Source: an uncultured bacterium
GTDB lineage: Bacteria; Patescibacteriota; Dojkabacteria; SC72
Assembly (NCBI GenBank): GCA_937899155.1
Contig: CALDJM010000010.1
Span: 1 to 33,412, forward strand
Length of the DNA stretch: 33,412 nucleotides
Reading direction: 5' to 3'
The stretch's first letter is position 1. The number at the start of each line of letters is the position of its first letter. The position numbers and the translations under genes were made by a program. The notes under the pieces were generated by a model that saw only the letters and a list, made by a program, of their open reading frames with translations, did no database searches and was not told the origin of the DNA. This document shows, piece by piece, positions 1 to 8,844 of this stretch.

Positions 1-629
1 CATAGTTTGCTTGTTTTATGATCGAATAGTTTGGCTGCATTTATAAGGGCTAAGTCCTCAGCACTATAATTTCTTGGCTCAAATTCTGTACCTCCTCCAG
101 GTCTATGCATATCAGTATACCCAGGAGGGCAAGGAGGAGGAGTACATCTAGGGGTAGGATCATCACATCGAAGGTCGGGATTCGGATCGGAAGTAGTTCG
201 GTGAGCACAAGCACAGTTTCCTTCTCCACTATCTGGCAACCACCAAGCAACATATGGCCAAATACATCTTGGAACATCACAGTCTGCACCAGACCTTTTA
301 GCAGGAGGATTATAAGGGTGAGTGTCAGTACACAATTCAGTACCTGGACACCAAGTATTGCTAAATACACACTGACAAGGTATCATCCCTCTCTTCAAAG
401 CACCATTTCCATCATAGCAACTTGCATGATTTGTATATGGAACTGTCTTGCAACAATTACAAGTACTACCCCCTTCACCTCCCCCCGCACTACTATCAGT
501 GGGAGCTACAGTCTTAGATTGATTAACTCTCCATAATAGATAACCACCACTACCACCTAATATTAAGAATAATATTAGAAATAATATAACCAAGGTCTTT
601 TTACTAGCTTTAAATCTAATATTACCCAT
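1..629 (-). CDS. Cys-rich surface protein with N-terminal membrane anchor (3' end runs off the window); paralog of the next two genes
   Basis: Not in the ORF track because no stop lies inside the window. Translated by hand from ATG 629: MGNIRFKASKKTLVIIFLILFLILGGSGGYLLWRVNQSKTVAPTDSSAGGGEGGSTCNCCKTVPY..., open to position 1, Cys/Pro-rich. Confidence 0.85.
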   Translation of the reverse strand, partial: MGNIRFKASKKTLVILFLILFLILGGSGGYLLWRVNQSKTVAPTDSSAGGGEGGSTCNCCKTVPYTNHASCYDGNGALKRGMIPCQCVFSNTWCPGTELCTDTHPYNPPAKRSGADCDVPRCIWPYVAWWLPDSGEGNCACAHRTTSDPNPDLRCDDPTPRCTPPPCPPGYTDMHRPGGGTEFEPRNYSAEDLALINAAKLFDHKTSKL

Positions 630-662
630 TACAAACCATATTATCTATTTAATATATATTAT

Positions 663-2384
663 CTATACCTCTTTTCTTTTTCTAATGATACTCCTAGTTG
701 GAAGATATGGTAAGAGCATACCAATACTCAATACTAATGTACCAACAACAATAATATACAACGATTTACTAGGTGATGCAGATGTACCTGGTAGACCATC
801 TTTACCTACACCACTACCTGTTCCTGTTCCTGTTCCCGTTCCTGTGCCTGTACCAGTGCCTGTATCACTACTAGGAGGTGTAACATCACCACCCGAAGGA
901 GGAGTTACTGTACCATCATCTGAAGGTGTTGTACCATCACTTTTTTCATAGTGAGCTGTCAAAGAGATATTCTTATTCACACCTTCATCTTTTCTAGGGT
1001 TAGCTGTAGCTAAACTACTAGTATCCTTAGCTCTTGTTGTAGTATCTATCCAATATGCAAACTTATATCCAGTATTAGGTGTAGCTTTAACAGAAGGACC
1101 TGATTTAACTGTAGTTGCAATAGTGTTACTACTTGGAGTACCACCATCCTTGCTTAATTTCCCATTACCTTCTGTAGCATATCTTAATGTATATGTTTGT
1201 TCTACTGGTGCTGTACTACCTTTTTTAAATACTGCTGTTATTGTCTTAGTCGTACCTGCTGCACCTGCCCTGTCATGCCTTCTTAAGTCGGAACTATCTT
1301 TTTGAGCTGTACTTTTCACACCATCAGGACTTGTAATCTGTATAGTCCAATACTGAAATACACACTCTTTATCCAATTTCGGTTCAACAGAGATTGGCAT
1401 AACATGCTCATTGGGGGAAGCTTCTTGATTTAAGCAACTACCTTTAGCATCGCCAGAAGTCAACCTTTCTTCATCAGGAGAAGCGCAAACCAGCATCTTA
1501 GTACACTCTGATGGTTGTGCTTTGTATACTACCTTTGCTTTTTTATCTATTGGTATATTTTCCCCATCATCTTTTTCGTATACAGCTGTTAGCATCAAGC
1601 TATATGAGTTTTCAACACACTCTTTATCTCCGAACACATCTATAGCATCTTTCTGAATTACTGGATTTGTACTCACAACATTATTAGATATACTCACCCA
1701 ATGTTTAAACTTAAAACCTTTATTAGCTACTGCCTCTATCTGAGATCCTTTCTCGTCTCGAGTTTTGAAGGTTTGTAATATTACATTATCTTTACTGTTC
1801 TCTTGAACCATTCCTACCTTCTGCTTGATAACCAACTTACCTTCTGAACTATTTAAAGGAAGATATCCTACAGAGACCTCCTTACATGTTCCAAATCTTG
1901 CAACTAGGCTCCCACTTTCTTTAAATACTGGTTCTTCTGCAGTACCCTTTGAATGTTCTCTCCTTACAATTATTGGATTTGTCGTATATTTCTGTCCTGT
2001 TTTAATATTCTCCCAGTACAAGAATTTTGATTCACCACTCCCTACAGCTTCTATAGGTATCCCTCTAGCACAAGAATTGTTGAGAGAGAGTCTAATTCTA
2101 CCATTTTCCCAATCCTCTTTGTATGTAACTGCTGGCGAATGTAAACCTGCTTGAATTCTAATATTCCCTTTCCCTGACGAAGCTGTTTTGTAGTATGGTG
2201 AAAAGTCAACAGTCTTTATATTATCTAAACAGTTATCTATTTGAGCAGCATCACTATCTGTTGGAGCAACAGTCTTCTCTTGATTAATTCTCCATAGTAG
2301 GAACCCTCCAGCACCACCAAACAACAGGAGAAAGACAGCAAATATTGCTATTACCTTCTTTGAAGCAAATTTTACATTAGCCAT
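663..2384 (-). CDS. Surface protein with N-terminal TM, divergent InlB B-repeat-like domains, (TG)8 linker and LPGTS-TM-basic C-terminus
   Basis: N-term hydrophobic helix + LLWRINQEKTVAPTDSDA; 'AxxGY/FKFxxW' motifs; C-term GLPGTS...YIIVVGTLVLSIGMLLPYL...RKRK. Confidence 0.8.
   Translation of the reverse strand: MANVKFASKKVIAIFAVFLLLFGGAGGFLLWRINQEKTVAPTDSDAAQIDNCLDNIKTVDFSPYYKTASSGKGNIRIQAGLHSPAVTYKEDWENGRIRLSLNNSCARGIPIEAVGSGESKFLYWENIKTGQKYTTNPIIVRREHSKGTAEEPVFKESGSLVARFGTCKEVSVGYLPLNSSEGKLVIKQKVGMVQENSKDNVILQTFKTRDEKGSQIEAVANKGFKFKHWVSISNNVVSTNPVIQKDAIDVFGDKECVENSYSLMLTAVYEKDDGENIPIDKKAKVVYKAQPSECTKMLVCASPDEERLTSGDAKGSCLNQEASPNEHVMPISVEPKLDKECVFQYWTIQITSPDGVKSTAQKDSSDLRRHDRAGAAGTTKTITAVFKKGSTAPVEQTYTLRYATEGNGKLSKDGGTPSSNTIATTVKSGPSVKATPNTGYKFAYWIDTTTRAKDTSSLATANPRKDEGVNKNISLTAHYEKSDGTTPSDDGTVTPPSGGDVTPPSSDTGTGTGTGTGTGTGTGSGVGKDGLPGTSASPSKSLYIIVVGTLVLSIGMLLPYLPTRSIIRKRKEV
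816..863 (-). repeat. Coding (Thr-Gly)8 hexanucleotide tandem repeat
   Basis: Degenerate cctgtt-type units on the + strand encode TGTGTGTGTGTGTGTG. Confidence 0.9.
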
Positions 2385-2408
2385 ATTTTAATATATTGAA
2401 CAGTTTAA

Positions 2409-4169
2409 TTATTTAATCCTATTTTCTAATTTACTTCTTCTGTTTTCCCTTTCTCTTTCAACACTTTTTTTCTTTACAGAAGATACTGTATCGTAGATTG
2501 AGACATATGCTTTCTTAGGAAGTGTAGATACCCATGTCCAAGCCATACCTAACATTAGAAGAGCAACACCCATTATTACAATATTCTTAGTTTCATCAAA
2601 AAGACCTGTTTCAGGAACAGCTTCCCCAACAACGGGAGATCCACAGTCATCAGGACAATCTGCACTACTCTCACCATCCGTACACATACCGTCCCCACAT
2701 ACTGAAGGACAATCAACAGGACATTTATCTGGACCTTCATCTTCTGAACATATCCCATCACCACAGTTTACAGGACAATCTTGTGGACATGTCTGAGCAT
2801 TTTCACTTGGTGAGCATATATTATCTCCACACTTAGCTTTACAATCATTAGCACATGTTTCCGCATTTTCATCATGAGTACAGAACTTATCTCCACATAC
2901 TGCTTTACAATCATTAGGACATGTTTTAGCATTCTCATCGTGAGTACAGAGATTGTCCCCACATTTAGCTTTACAATCCTTAGCACATGTCTCTGCATTC
3001 TCTGGAGCTACACATTTTCCATCACCACAACCTTTACAATCTGCTGGACAGTTTGTCATATTTTCCCAAGAATCACACACCTTATCACCACATGCTTTCT
3101 TAAAGTTAGCTGTAATTATCATACTTGCCTGAACATTTCTATCTACCCTACTGCTCGTTACATGAGGACCTGAAGGAGTTCCTATAATTGGTGAAGACCA
3201 AGGTTTCGGAGGAACAGGACTTTGAACTGCCTTTTCAGACCAAGAAGCAAATTTGTAACCCGTCTTAGCTTTAGCAACCACTGATGGACCATTCTTCCCC
3301 TTCTCAACCTTATGAGGTCCAGCTTTATCAACAGAACCATTACCATCTGTTTTATATGTTAAATCATACTTAACAACAGGAACATCTTTTTTCTTAAATA
3401 CTGCTGTGAATGTTTTATTAACAGGAGTACCAACATTTGTATTAGAACATGTGTCTGTTCTTTTCGCTACACTAGCTGTTGCCTGATTACTATCCCCTTC
3501 CCACTTTACAAAAGTATGTGTTGATGCAGAAGTTGCTGTAACAACAGTACCACTTTTACCATTATCGACTTTTTGAGTTGCAGTACCTGTCAGAGAACCT
3601 CCACCACCAGTTGCTACTTTATATGTGAAGTTACAGAATGGTATCTGCTCTTTTCTAAATTTCGCTGTATATGTGGCATCTGAATCCACATTACTTATTG
3701 TCAGTTTCTTTTGGCTCTTATCACTTACATTTCCACCACCAGAGCCTTCCCAACCAGCAAATTCGTAGCCATTATTTGTATCTGGTGTTGCTGTTGATTC
3801 TGTACTATGCCCTGGTCTAACACTTTGTTGACCTGAAAGACTGATTGTTCCGCCAGTACTGGTATTAAATGTTATATGATACCTAGTCACAACTTTCCTA
3901 TATCTACAACAAAAAGAATCGTGATGAGGATATTGACAAATACCTGCAGTACCTTCATTTGGACAATTACCATTCGTCTTTGGATATGGCCCACCCCATC
4001 TACAATCTGCATCGTAATCTATACACTCTAACTTCTCCTCACTCGCTACAGTCTTAGATTGATTAACTCTCCATAATAGAAAACCACCTCCACCACCTAA
4101 AACTAAAAAGAATAATATTAGTAATATAACAGTACTCTTCTTACTTAAACCTACTTTAATATTAGCCAT
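2409..4169 (-). CDS. Surface protein with N-terminal TM, InlB B-repeat-like domains, 7 Cys-rich repeats and VPETG-TM-basic C-terminus
   Basis: LLWRVNQSKTVA N-motif; GYEFAGW/HTFVKW/GYKFASW repeats; CGDxxC..E...C..DC repeats; C-term VPETGLFDE + TM + basic tail. Confidence 0.85.
   Translation of the reverse strand: MANIKVGLSKKSTVILLILFFLVLGGGGGFLLWRVNQSKTVASEEKLECIDYDADCRWGGPYPKTNGNCPNEGTAGICQYPHHDSFCCRYRKVVTRYHITFNTSTGGTISLSGQQSVRPGHSTESTATPDTNNGYEFAGWEGSGGGNVSDKSQKKLTISNVDSDATYTAKFRKEQIPFCNFTYKVATGGGGSLTGTATQKVDNGKSGTVVTATSASTHTFVKWEGDSNQATASVAKRTDTCSNTNVGTPVNKTFTAVFKKKDVPVVKYDLTYKTDGNGSVDKAGPHKVEKGKNGPSVVAKAKTGYKFASWSEKAVQSPVPPKPWSSPIIGTPSGPHVTSSRVDRNVQASMIITANFKKACGDKVCDSWENMTNCPADCKGCGDGKCVAPENAETCAKDCKAKCGDNLCTHDENAKTCPNDCKAVCGDKFCTHDENAETCANDCKAKCGDNICSPSENAQTCPQDCPVNCGDGICSEDEGPDKCPVDCPSVCGDGMCTDGESSADCPDDCGSPVVGEAVPETGLFDETKNIVIMGVALLMLGMAWTWVSTLPKKAYVSIYDTVSSVKKKSVERERENRRSKLENRIK
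2643..3092 (-). repeat. Seven tandem ~22-aa Cys-rich repeats (CGDxxCxxxExxxxCxxDC)
   Basis: Visible in the translation with ~66-bp periodicity. Confidence 0.9.
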
Positions 4170-4187
4170 TATTATTTTTAATATATA

Positions 4188-5333
4188 TTAACCAAAAATA
4201 TTCCTAATACTATCTATATTAACAATATCTTTTATTATTATAAATAGTATCAAAATTATCAAGAAGATAAAAGAGATATTAATAATCCTACTCTCTACCT
4301 TCTCATCCAATTCCTTCCCTATTATCCATTCTAGAAGAAGTATAAACACCCTACCACCATCTAATGCAGGTATTGGAAGAATATTAATCAATGCCAATGA
4401 CATAGAAAGATCAGCAATCATACCCAAGAAAGGTATTACTCCAAATTGTTTAAAGTAATCAATTACAAAATATATACCAACAGGACCAGACACAGAATTA
4501 GAAAGCTCACTGTAATCTCCTGTCTGCCTAGCTAAAGAGAACATCTCCCCCATTTTCTTAAATATTAGCTTAAAACTATTAAGAATATGTGCAAAGCCTG
4601 CAAAAACCTTATTATCTAGATATGAAAGAGATATATGAAAGTTTGGAGGTAACATAATCCCAATCTTTCCATCATCTGAAGTTGTCACATCATATTTATT
4701 ACACTCTTCTTCTACACAAACATCCAAGACCACTTCTTTATTCTTCTTGCCTGAAAGCATCTTAGCAACATCATCTGAAAACTCAACAGTTTTACCATCT
4801 ATGCTTTTAATTACACCCTTCTCTGGCATACCCGCTTTCTTTGCTTGACCATCTTCAATTAACTCCGAATACTCTACATCACCATCTCTAACTTTTGTAA
4901 CTCTTGCCCCTATTGGTTTAAAATCAGCAAATTCATTATTCAATATCAACTCCCAACCGTTAGAAAAAAGTACAATGTAGTAGATAGTTACACCTAAAAT
5001 GATATTCATGGTAACACCAGCAAGCATAACGATGATTTGTTGCCATTTAGGCTTCTTACTTAAATCCCTTCCTTTATCTTCTTTTTTAATTTCCTCCTTA
5101 CCAGGGTCTCCATCACCTAAAATCTTTACATAACCACCAAAAGGAAGGATTCTAATACTATACTCTGTCTCACCTATTTTCTTTGAAATTAGTTTTGGTC
5201 CAAAACCTAATGCAAATTCAAAAACTTTAGCACCTACAGCCTTAGCGGCTAAGAAATGTCCTAATTCATGAACAAATGTTAGGATGCCTATTACTAGCAA
5301 AAAAAGAAGAATATTTATGATGAAGGATGGCAT
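4188..5333 (-). CDS. rseP: RIP metalloprotease RseP (M50, PDZ)
   Basis: HELGH zinc motif, FALGFGP, PFGGYV, PDZ-like segment, GPVGI and NILPIPALDGG. Confidence 0.93.
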   Translation of the reverse strand: MPSFIINILLFLLVIGILTFVHELGHFLAAKAVGAKVFEFALGFGPKLISKKIGETEYSIRILPFGGYVKILGDGDPGKEEIKKEDKGRDLSKKPKWQQIIVMLAGVTMNIILGVTIYYIVLFSNGWELILNNEFADFKPIGARVTKVRDGDVEYSELIEDGQAKKAGMPEKGVIKSIDGKTVEFSDDVAKMLSGKKNKEVVLDVCVEEECNKYDVTTSDDGKIGIMLPPNFHISLSYLDNKVFAGFAHILNSFKLIFKKMGEMFSLARQTGDYSELSNSVSGPVGIYFVIDYFKQFGVIPFLGMIADLSMSLALINILPIPALDGGRVFILLLEWIIGKELDEKVESRIINISFIFLIILILFIIIKDIVNIDSIRNIFG

Positions 5334-5350
5334 GTTTTAGTTTCAAAAAA

Positions 5351-5896
5351 TTAAATAGCTAGAAGTTCTTTCTCCTTATCATCTTTTATTGTTTCTATCT
5401 CAACATTCGCATCTTTCACTACCCTCTCTGCTTCTTCCCTTATCCTATCCGCATCATCTTCTGAAAGTCCTGATTTCTGTTGCTCGTCAACACCTTGCAT
5501 GAATTTCTGTCTTACCTGTCTTACAGCAACTCTTCCATCTTCTATTCTTTCTTTCATAATTTTGACATATTCATGTCTTCTCTCTTCTGTTAGGTCAGGA
5601 ATTTTAACAATTACCCTGTCACCCTCTAAGATAGGGAGGAAACCTAGATTTGCAGAAGAAATACCTTTGGAAATATTCTCAAGTATTGTTTTATCCCAGG
5701 GCTGTATTGCTATACTTTTAGCATCCATAACACTGATGCTAGCTAAGTTTTTAACAGGAGATTGTGTCTCATATGCATTTACCAACACCTCTTCCACCAA
5801 CTCTGGTGTTGCTCTACCTGTTCTAATCTGAGAGAGGTCTTCTTTAACATGGTCTACACATTTTGAGATGTCCGTTTTGAATGTATTGATGTCCAT
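5351..5896 (-). CDS. frr: Ribosome recycling factor
   Basis: IRTGRATP, IQPWDK, PDLTEERR motifs; downstream of tsf. Confidence 0.97.
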   Translation of the reverse strand: MDINTFKTDISKCVDHVKEDLSQIRTGRATPELVEEVLVNAYETQSPVKNLASISVMDAKSIAIQPWDKTILENISKGISSANLGFLPILEGDRVIVKIPDLTEERRHEYVKIMKERIEDGRVAVRQVRQKFMQGVDEQQKSGLSEDDADRIREEAERVVKDANVEIETIKDDKEKELLAI

Positions 5897-5964
5897 ACTA
5901 ATATCCCAACTATATTAATATTGACATTGTATATTAAGTTGTATGAGATGTCTATATCAGGAAA

Positions 5965-6684
5965 TTACTTTTTACCCAATTCCCACAAAAGAATTCTTCT
6001 TATTGTCAAAGGCTCACCTATTCTCTGTGTTGCCTCATCTAACAAATCCTTTATCGTTTTACTCTCATCCTTAAACCACTTCTGCTCCAAAAGACATTTC
6101 TCTGCAAGATACTTCTTAAGTTTACCCTCAACAATCTTCTCAATCATATCCTTAGATTTCTTCTCTGATTCTAATTCTTTCTTGAATGTCTCCTCTAATT
6201 CCTTAATTACTTTTTCATCTACAGAATCTCTGGAAATGAACTCTGGTTTCATTGCCGCAACCTGAAGTGTAATTTCATGTACAAAATCTCTAAAATCATC
6301 ATTTTTTGAAACAAAATCTGTCTTGCAAGTAACTTCTGCCAAAGCCACAAGCTTCCTATCTGTACCGTGAACATATGCATCTATTACACCCTCAACCTTA
6401 CCATCCAAATCACCCTCAACAGGATTATCCCAACCCTTCTCCTTAATTATCTCAACTGCTTTCTCAAAATCCTTACCTGCTTCGTCATATGCTAACTTAC
6501 AAAGACCTATCTTTGCTCCTGTGAGATTCTTAAGTCTACCTATGACATCACTCCTCTTATTAATATATTCAACTGCTTTTCTCATATCCCCATCTGACTT
6601 AACCAATGCTTCTTTACACAAAGCCATACCTGCAGATGTCTTCTCTCTTAAATCCTTAATATCATTTATTGTTACTTTTGCCAT
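5965..6684 (-). CDS. tsf: Elongation factor Ts (short form, duplicated N-terminal domain)
   Basis: IKDLREKT.AGM..CK.AL N-domain, EG...AYVH, TDFV, QVAAMKP, LLEQ; follows rpsB. Confidence 0.95.
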   Translation of the reverse strand: MAKVTINDIKDLREKTSAGMALCKEALVKSDGDMRKAVEYINKRSDVIGRLKNLTGAKIGLCKLAYDEAGKDFEKAVEIIKEKGWDNPVEGDLDGKVEGVIDAYVHGTDRKLVALAEVTCKTDFVSKNDDFRDFVHEITLQVAAMKPEFISRDSVDEKVIKELEETFKKELESEKKSKDMIEKIVEGKLKKYLAEKCLLEQKWFKDESKTIKDLLDEATQRIGEPLTIRRILLWELGKK

Positions 6685-6707
6685 ACAGTTCTATGTTCTT
6701 AAATTAT

Positions 6708-7844
6708 TTACTTAATTGCTTTTTTAATATCTTTTATTGATTTCTCACCCAAACCCTTAACATTCATCAAATCTTCATCACTCATACTCTCAAGCTGTCC
6801 AACAGACTTAATACCTGCAGCATCAAGACTCTTAAGAATCCTCACAGAAAGACCTAATTCGTCCATACCTTTCTTATCCTCAACCTTCTTGACCTCCTCT
6901 GCCTGCTCTACCTCTTCTTCAATATTCTTCTCTCTCTTAACGACCCTAACAACAGAACCCGTATCAGAAGATGTGATTTTGCCTTCTCTTAGAGCTTTAG
7001 TTCTTTCTTTCTCTTCTGCCTCCATCTTCAACTGTCTCTCCTTTTCTTCCTGTGCATCCTTTGACAACTTTGCTAACAAAGCCTCGTTATCTCTTCTTAA
7101 TGAAGTAATTGAAAGACTTCTCTTAGAACCTGTTACAACACTACCAAAAAGATTAACAAACAAAGAAATACTCTTGAGAGAATCATCGTTTGCTGGGATA
7201 GGATAATCAATTAAATCTGGATCACAGTTAGTATCAATCAAACCAATAATTGGAATACCTACATTCCTTGCCTCTTTAATTGCATTACTTTCAACCTGAC
7301 TATCTATTACAATGATAGCTTCAGGTAGCTTATCCATAAATTTAATACCCTGATACATCTTATTCAACCTCTCAATATCCCTTTCCAAAAGAAGAACCTC
7401 TTTTTTCACCAAACCAACACCACCCCTAGCCAACTTCTCCTCCATCTTTACCAAGGACTGAACACTCTTCTTAATCGTATCAAAGTTTGTGAAAAGACCA
7501 CCTGGCCACCTTCTGTTGATATAGAACATACCTACCTCCTCTGCAACACTCTGGACTATTGTTGCAGCCTGTCCCTTAGTTCCTACTATTAAAATATTCC
7601 CGTTCTGAGAATACTTCTCAAGAGCACTTAGAGCTTTCTGCAAACTCTCCAATGTCTTAACCAAATCGATAATATGCGTACCATTCCTAACTTCATAGAT
7701 ATATCTTTGCATCTTAGGATCCCATGCTCCCTTCTTATGTCCAAAGTGAGCACCTACCTTAAGCAAATCTAAAAGTTCGGGCATTTGAAAACTCTTATTT
7801 TCAGTCCCTGTTTTCTTTGAGACCTCTTTTTTGGCTTCTGCCAT
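6708..7844 (-). CDS. rpsB: 30S ribosomal protein uS2 with long C-terminal extension ending in an HhH/alpha-CTD-like domain
   Basis: [43 protein letters not shown]. Confidence 0.97.
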   Translation of the reverse strand: MAEAKKEVSKKTGTENKSFQMPELLDLLKVGAHFGHKKGAWDPKMQRYIYEVRNGTHIIDLVKTLESLQKALSALEKYSQNGNILIVGTKGQAATIVQSVAEEVGMFYINRRWPGGLFTNFDTIKKSVQSLVKMEEKLARGGVGLVKKEVLLLERDIERLNKMYQGIKFMDKLPEAIIVIDSQVESNAIKEARNVGIPIIGLIDTNCDPDLIDYPIPANDDSLKSISLFVNLFGSVVTGSKRSLSITSLRRDNEALLAKLSKDAQEEKERQLKMEAEEKERTKALREGKITSSDTGSVVRVVKREKNIEEEVEQAEEVKKVEDKKGMDELGLSVRILKSLDAAGIKSVGQLESMSDEDLMNVKGLGEKSIKDIKKAIK

Positions 7845-7870
7845 ATACTTATTCCTTTCCTTTTATTTTA

Positions 7871-7914
7871 ATATTTCTGAAGGGCATCTCTACCCAGGAT
7901 TGGTTCAGAAATAT
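7871..7914 (-). promoter_or_regulatory. Structured rpsB 5' leader (candidate autogenous control element)
   Basis: Perfect 11-bp stem (7871-7881/7904-7914) enclosing a GGGUA-GAGA-UGCCC GNRA hairpin on the minus strand, between promoter and RBS. Confidence 0.55.
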
Positions 7915-7940
7915 ATGAGATATATTAAATAACCGTTAGG

Positions 7941-7969
7941 ATTATATACAAAACAATCAAATATGGCAA
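7941..7969 (-). promoter_or_regulatory. Sigma70 promoter of rpsB-tsf
   Basis: TTGCCA-17 bp-TATAAT on the minus strand. Confidence 0.8.
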
Positions 7970-8136
7970 ATATCCAAAAACCAACCTGGTCGACAAGTTT
8001 ATGCTTATTACAAAAGAGTTAAGCCGTGGTTTTTAAGGATTTTCAATCTTACTATGGGGGATTACAGTTGATACAGACCTGTCCTGCATTGTTACTGCAC
8101 AAAAAAAGCATCTGACAGAAATTGTTTAGAAGGAGG

Positions 8137-8772
8137 CTAGATTTCAATCATTCTCCACTCATTTTCTGCAATCACTATGTGATCTAAAAGGGTTAACCCT
8201 ACAAGTTCTAAGCTCTGCTTCATTCTTTTTGTAATTTCAATATCTCCCATACTAGGTGTGCTATCACCTGAAGGATGATTATGTGCCATCACAACACTAC
8301 TTGCATTAACTTCCAATGCTGGAATTATGATATCCCTAGGGAGGACATTTACCCCATCAAGAGTACCTATACATACTGTCCTTTTTGCAATTACTTCAAA
8401 TCTAGAATTAAGAAATATAGCTACAACATGTTCCTGCTTCCTCTTCCCTATATACTTTAGAACTTTATATGCATCTTCTGAACTCTTAATCCTAACTCTC
8501 TGTTTGCTGCCAAGGTCATACATTCTCCTACCCAACTCAATACCACAAAGTATCTTCATACCCGTAACTCGACCAATACCTGTAACTGCACATATATCGT
8601 CCAAAGTAACCTGTTTGTTTCTCTCAAGGACACCCCTTATCTTCCGAAGCACACCTCTGGAAACAGACATAAAATCCTTTCCCTTTACACCTCTACCAAC
8701 TAAAATTGCCAACAATTCCATATCCGAAAGAGAATCCAATCCATGTTTTGTATACTTTTCCCTAGGAAGCAT
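8137..8772 (-). CDS. radC: RadC/JAB (UPF0758) family protein
   Basis: LPREK..GLDSLSD.ELLAIL, HhH (GIG), AHNHPSGD..PS..D, LLDHIV. ATG 8772 preferred over TTG 8778, which overlaps the -10 box. Confidence 0.95.
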   Translation of the reverse strand: MLPREKYTKHGLDSLSDMELLAILVGRGVKGKDFMSVSRGVLRKIRGVLERNKQVTLDDICAVTGIGRVTGMKILCGIELGRRMYDLGSKQRVRIKSSEDAYKVLKYIGKRKQEHVVAIFLNSRFEVIAKRTVCIGTLDGVNVLPRDIIIPALEVNASSVVMAHNHPSGDSTPSMGDIEITKRMKQSLELVGLTLLDHIVIAENEWRMIEI

Positions 8773-8777
8773 AACCA

Positions 8778-8811
8778 ATTATATTGGAGGATTATTAAAT
8801 CTAGATTAACT
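8778..8811 (-). promoter_or_regulatory. radC promoter: TATAAT 5 nt before ATG plus 21-bp element shared with dprA
   Basis: Minus strand AGTTAATCTAGATTTAATAAT-cctccaa-TATAAT-tggtt-ATG. Confidence 0.7.
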
Positions 8812-8844
8812 CTGTTCTATGAGATAGTACTTGAAACAATACCA

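Noticed and set aside
50-536. ORF-track ORFs 50-370(-) and 105-536(+)
   Set aside because: Shadow frames of the paralog gene at 1-629(-).
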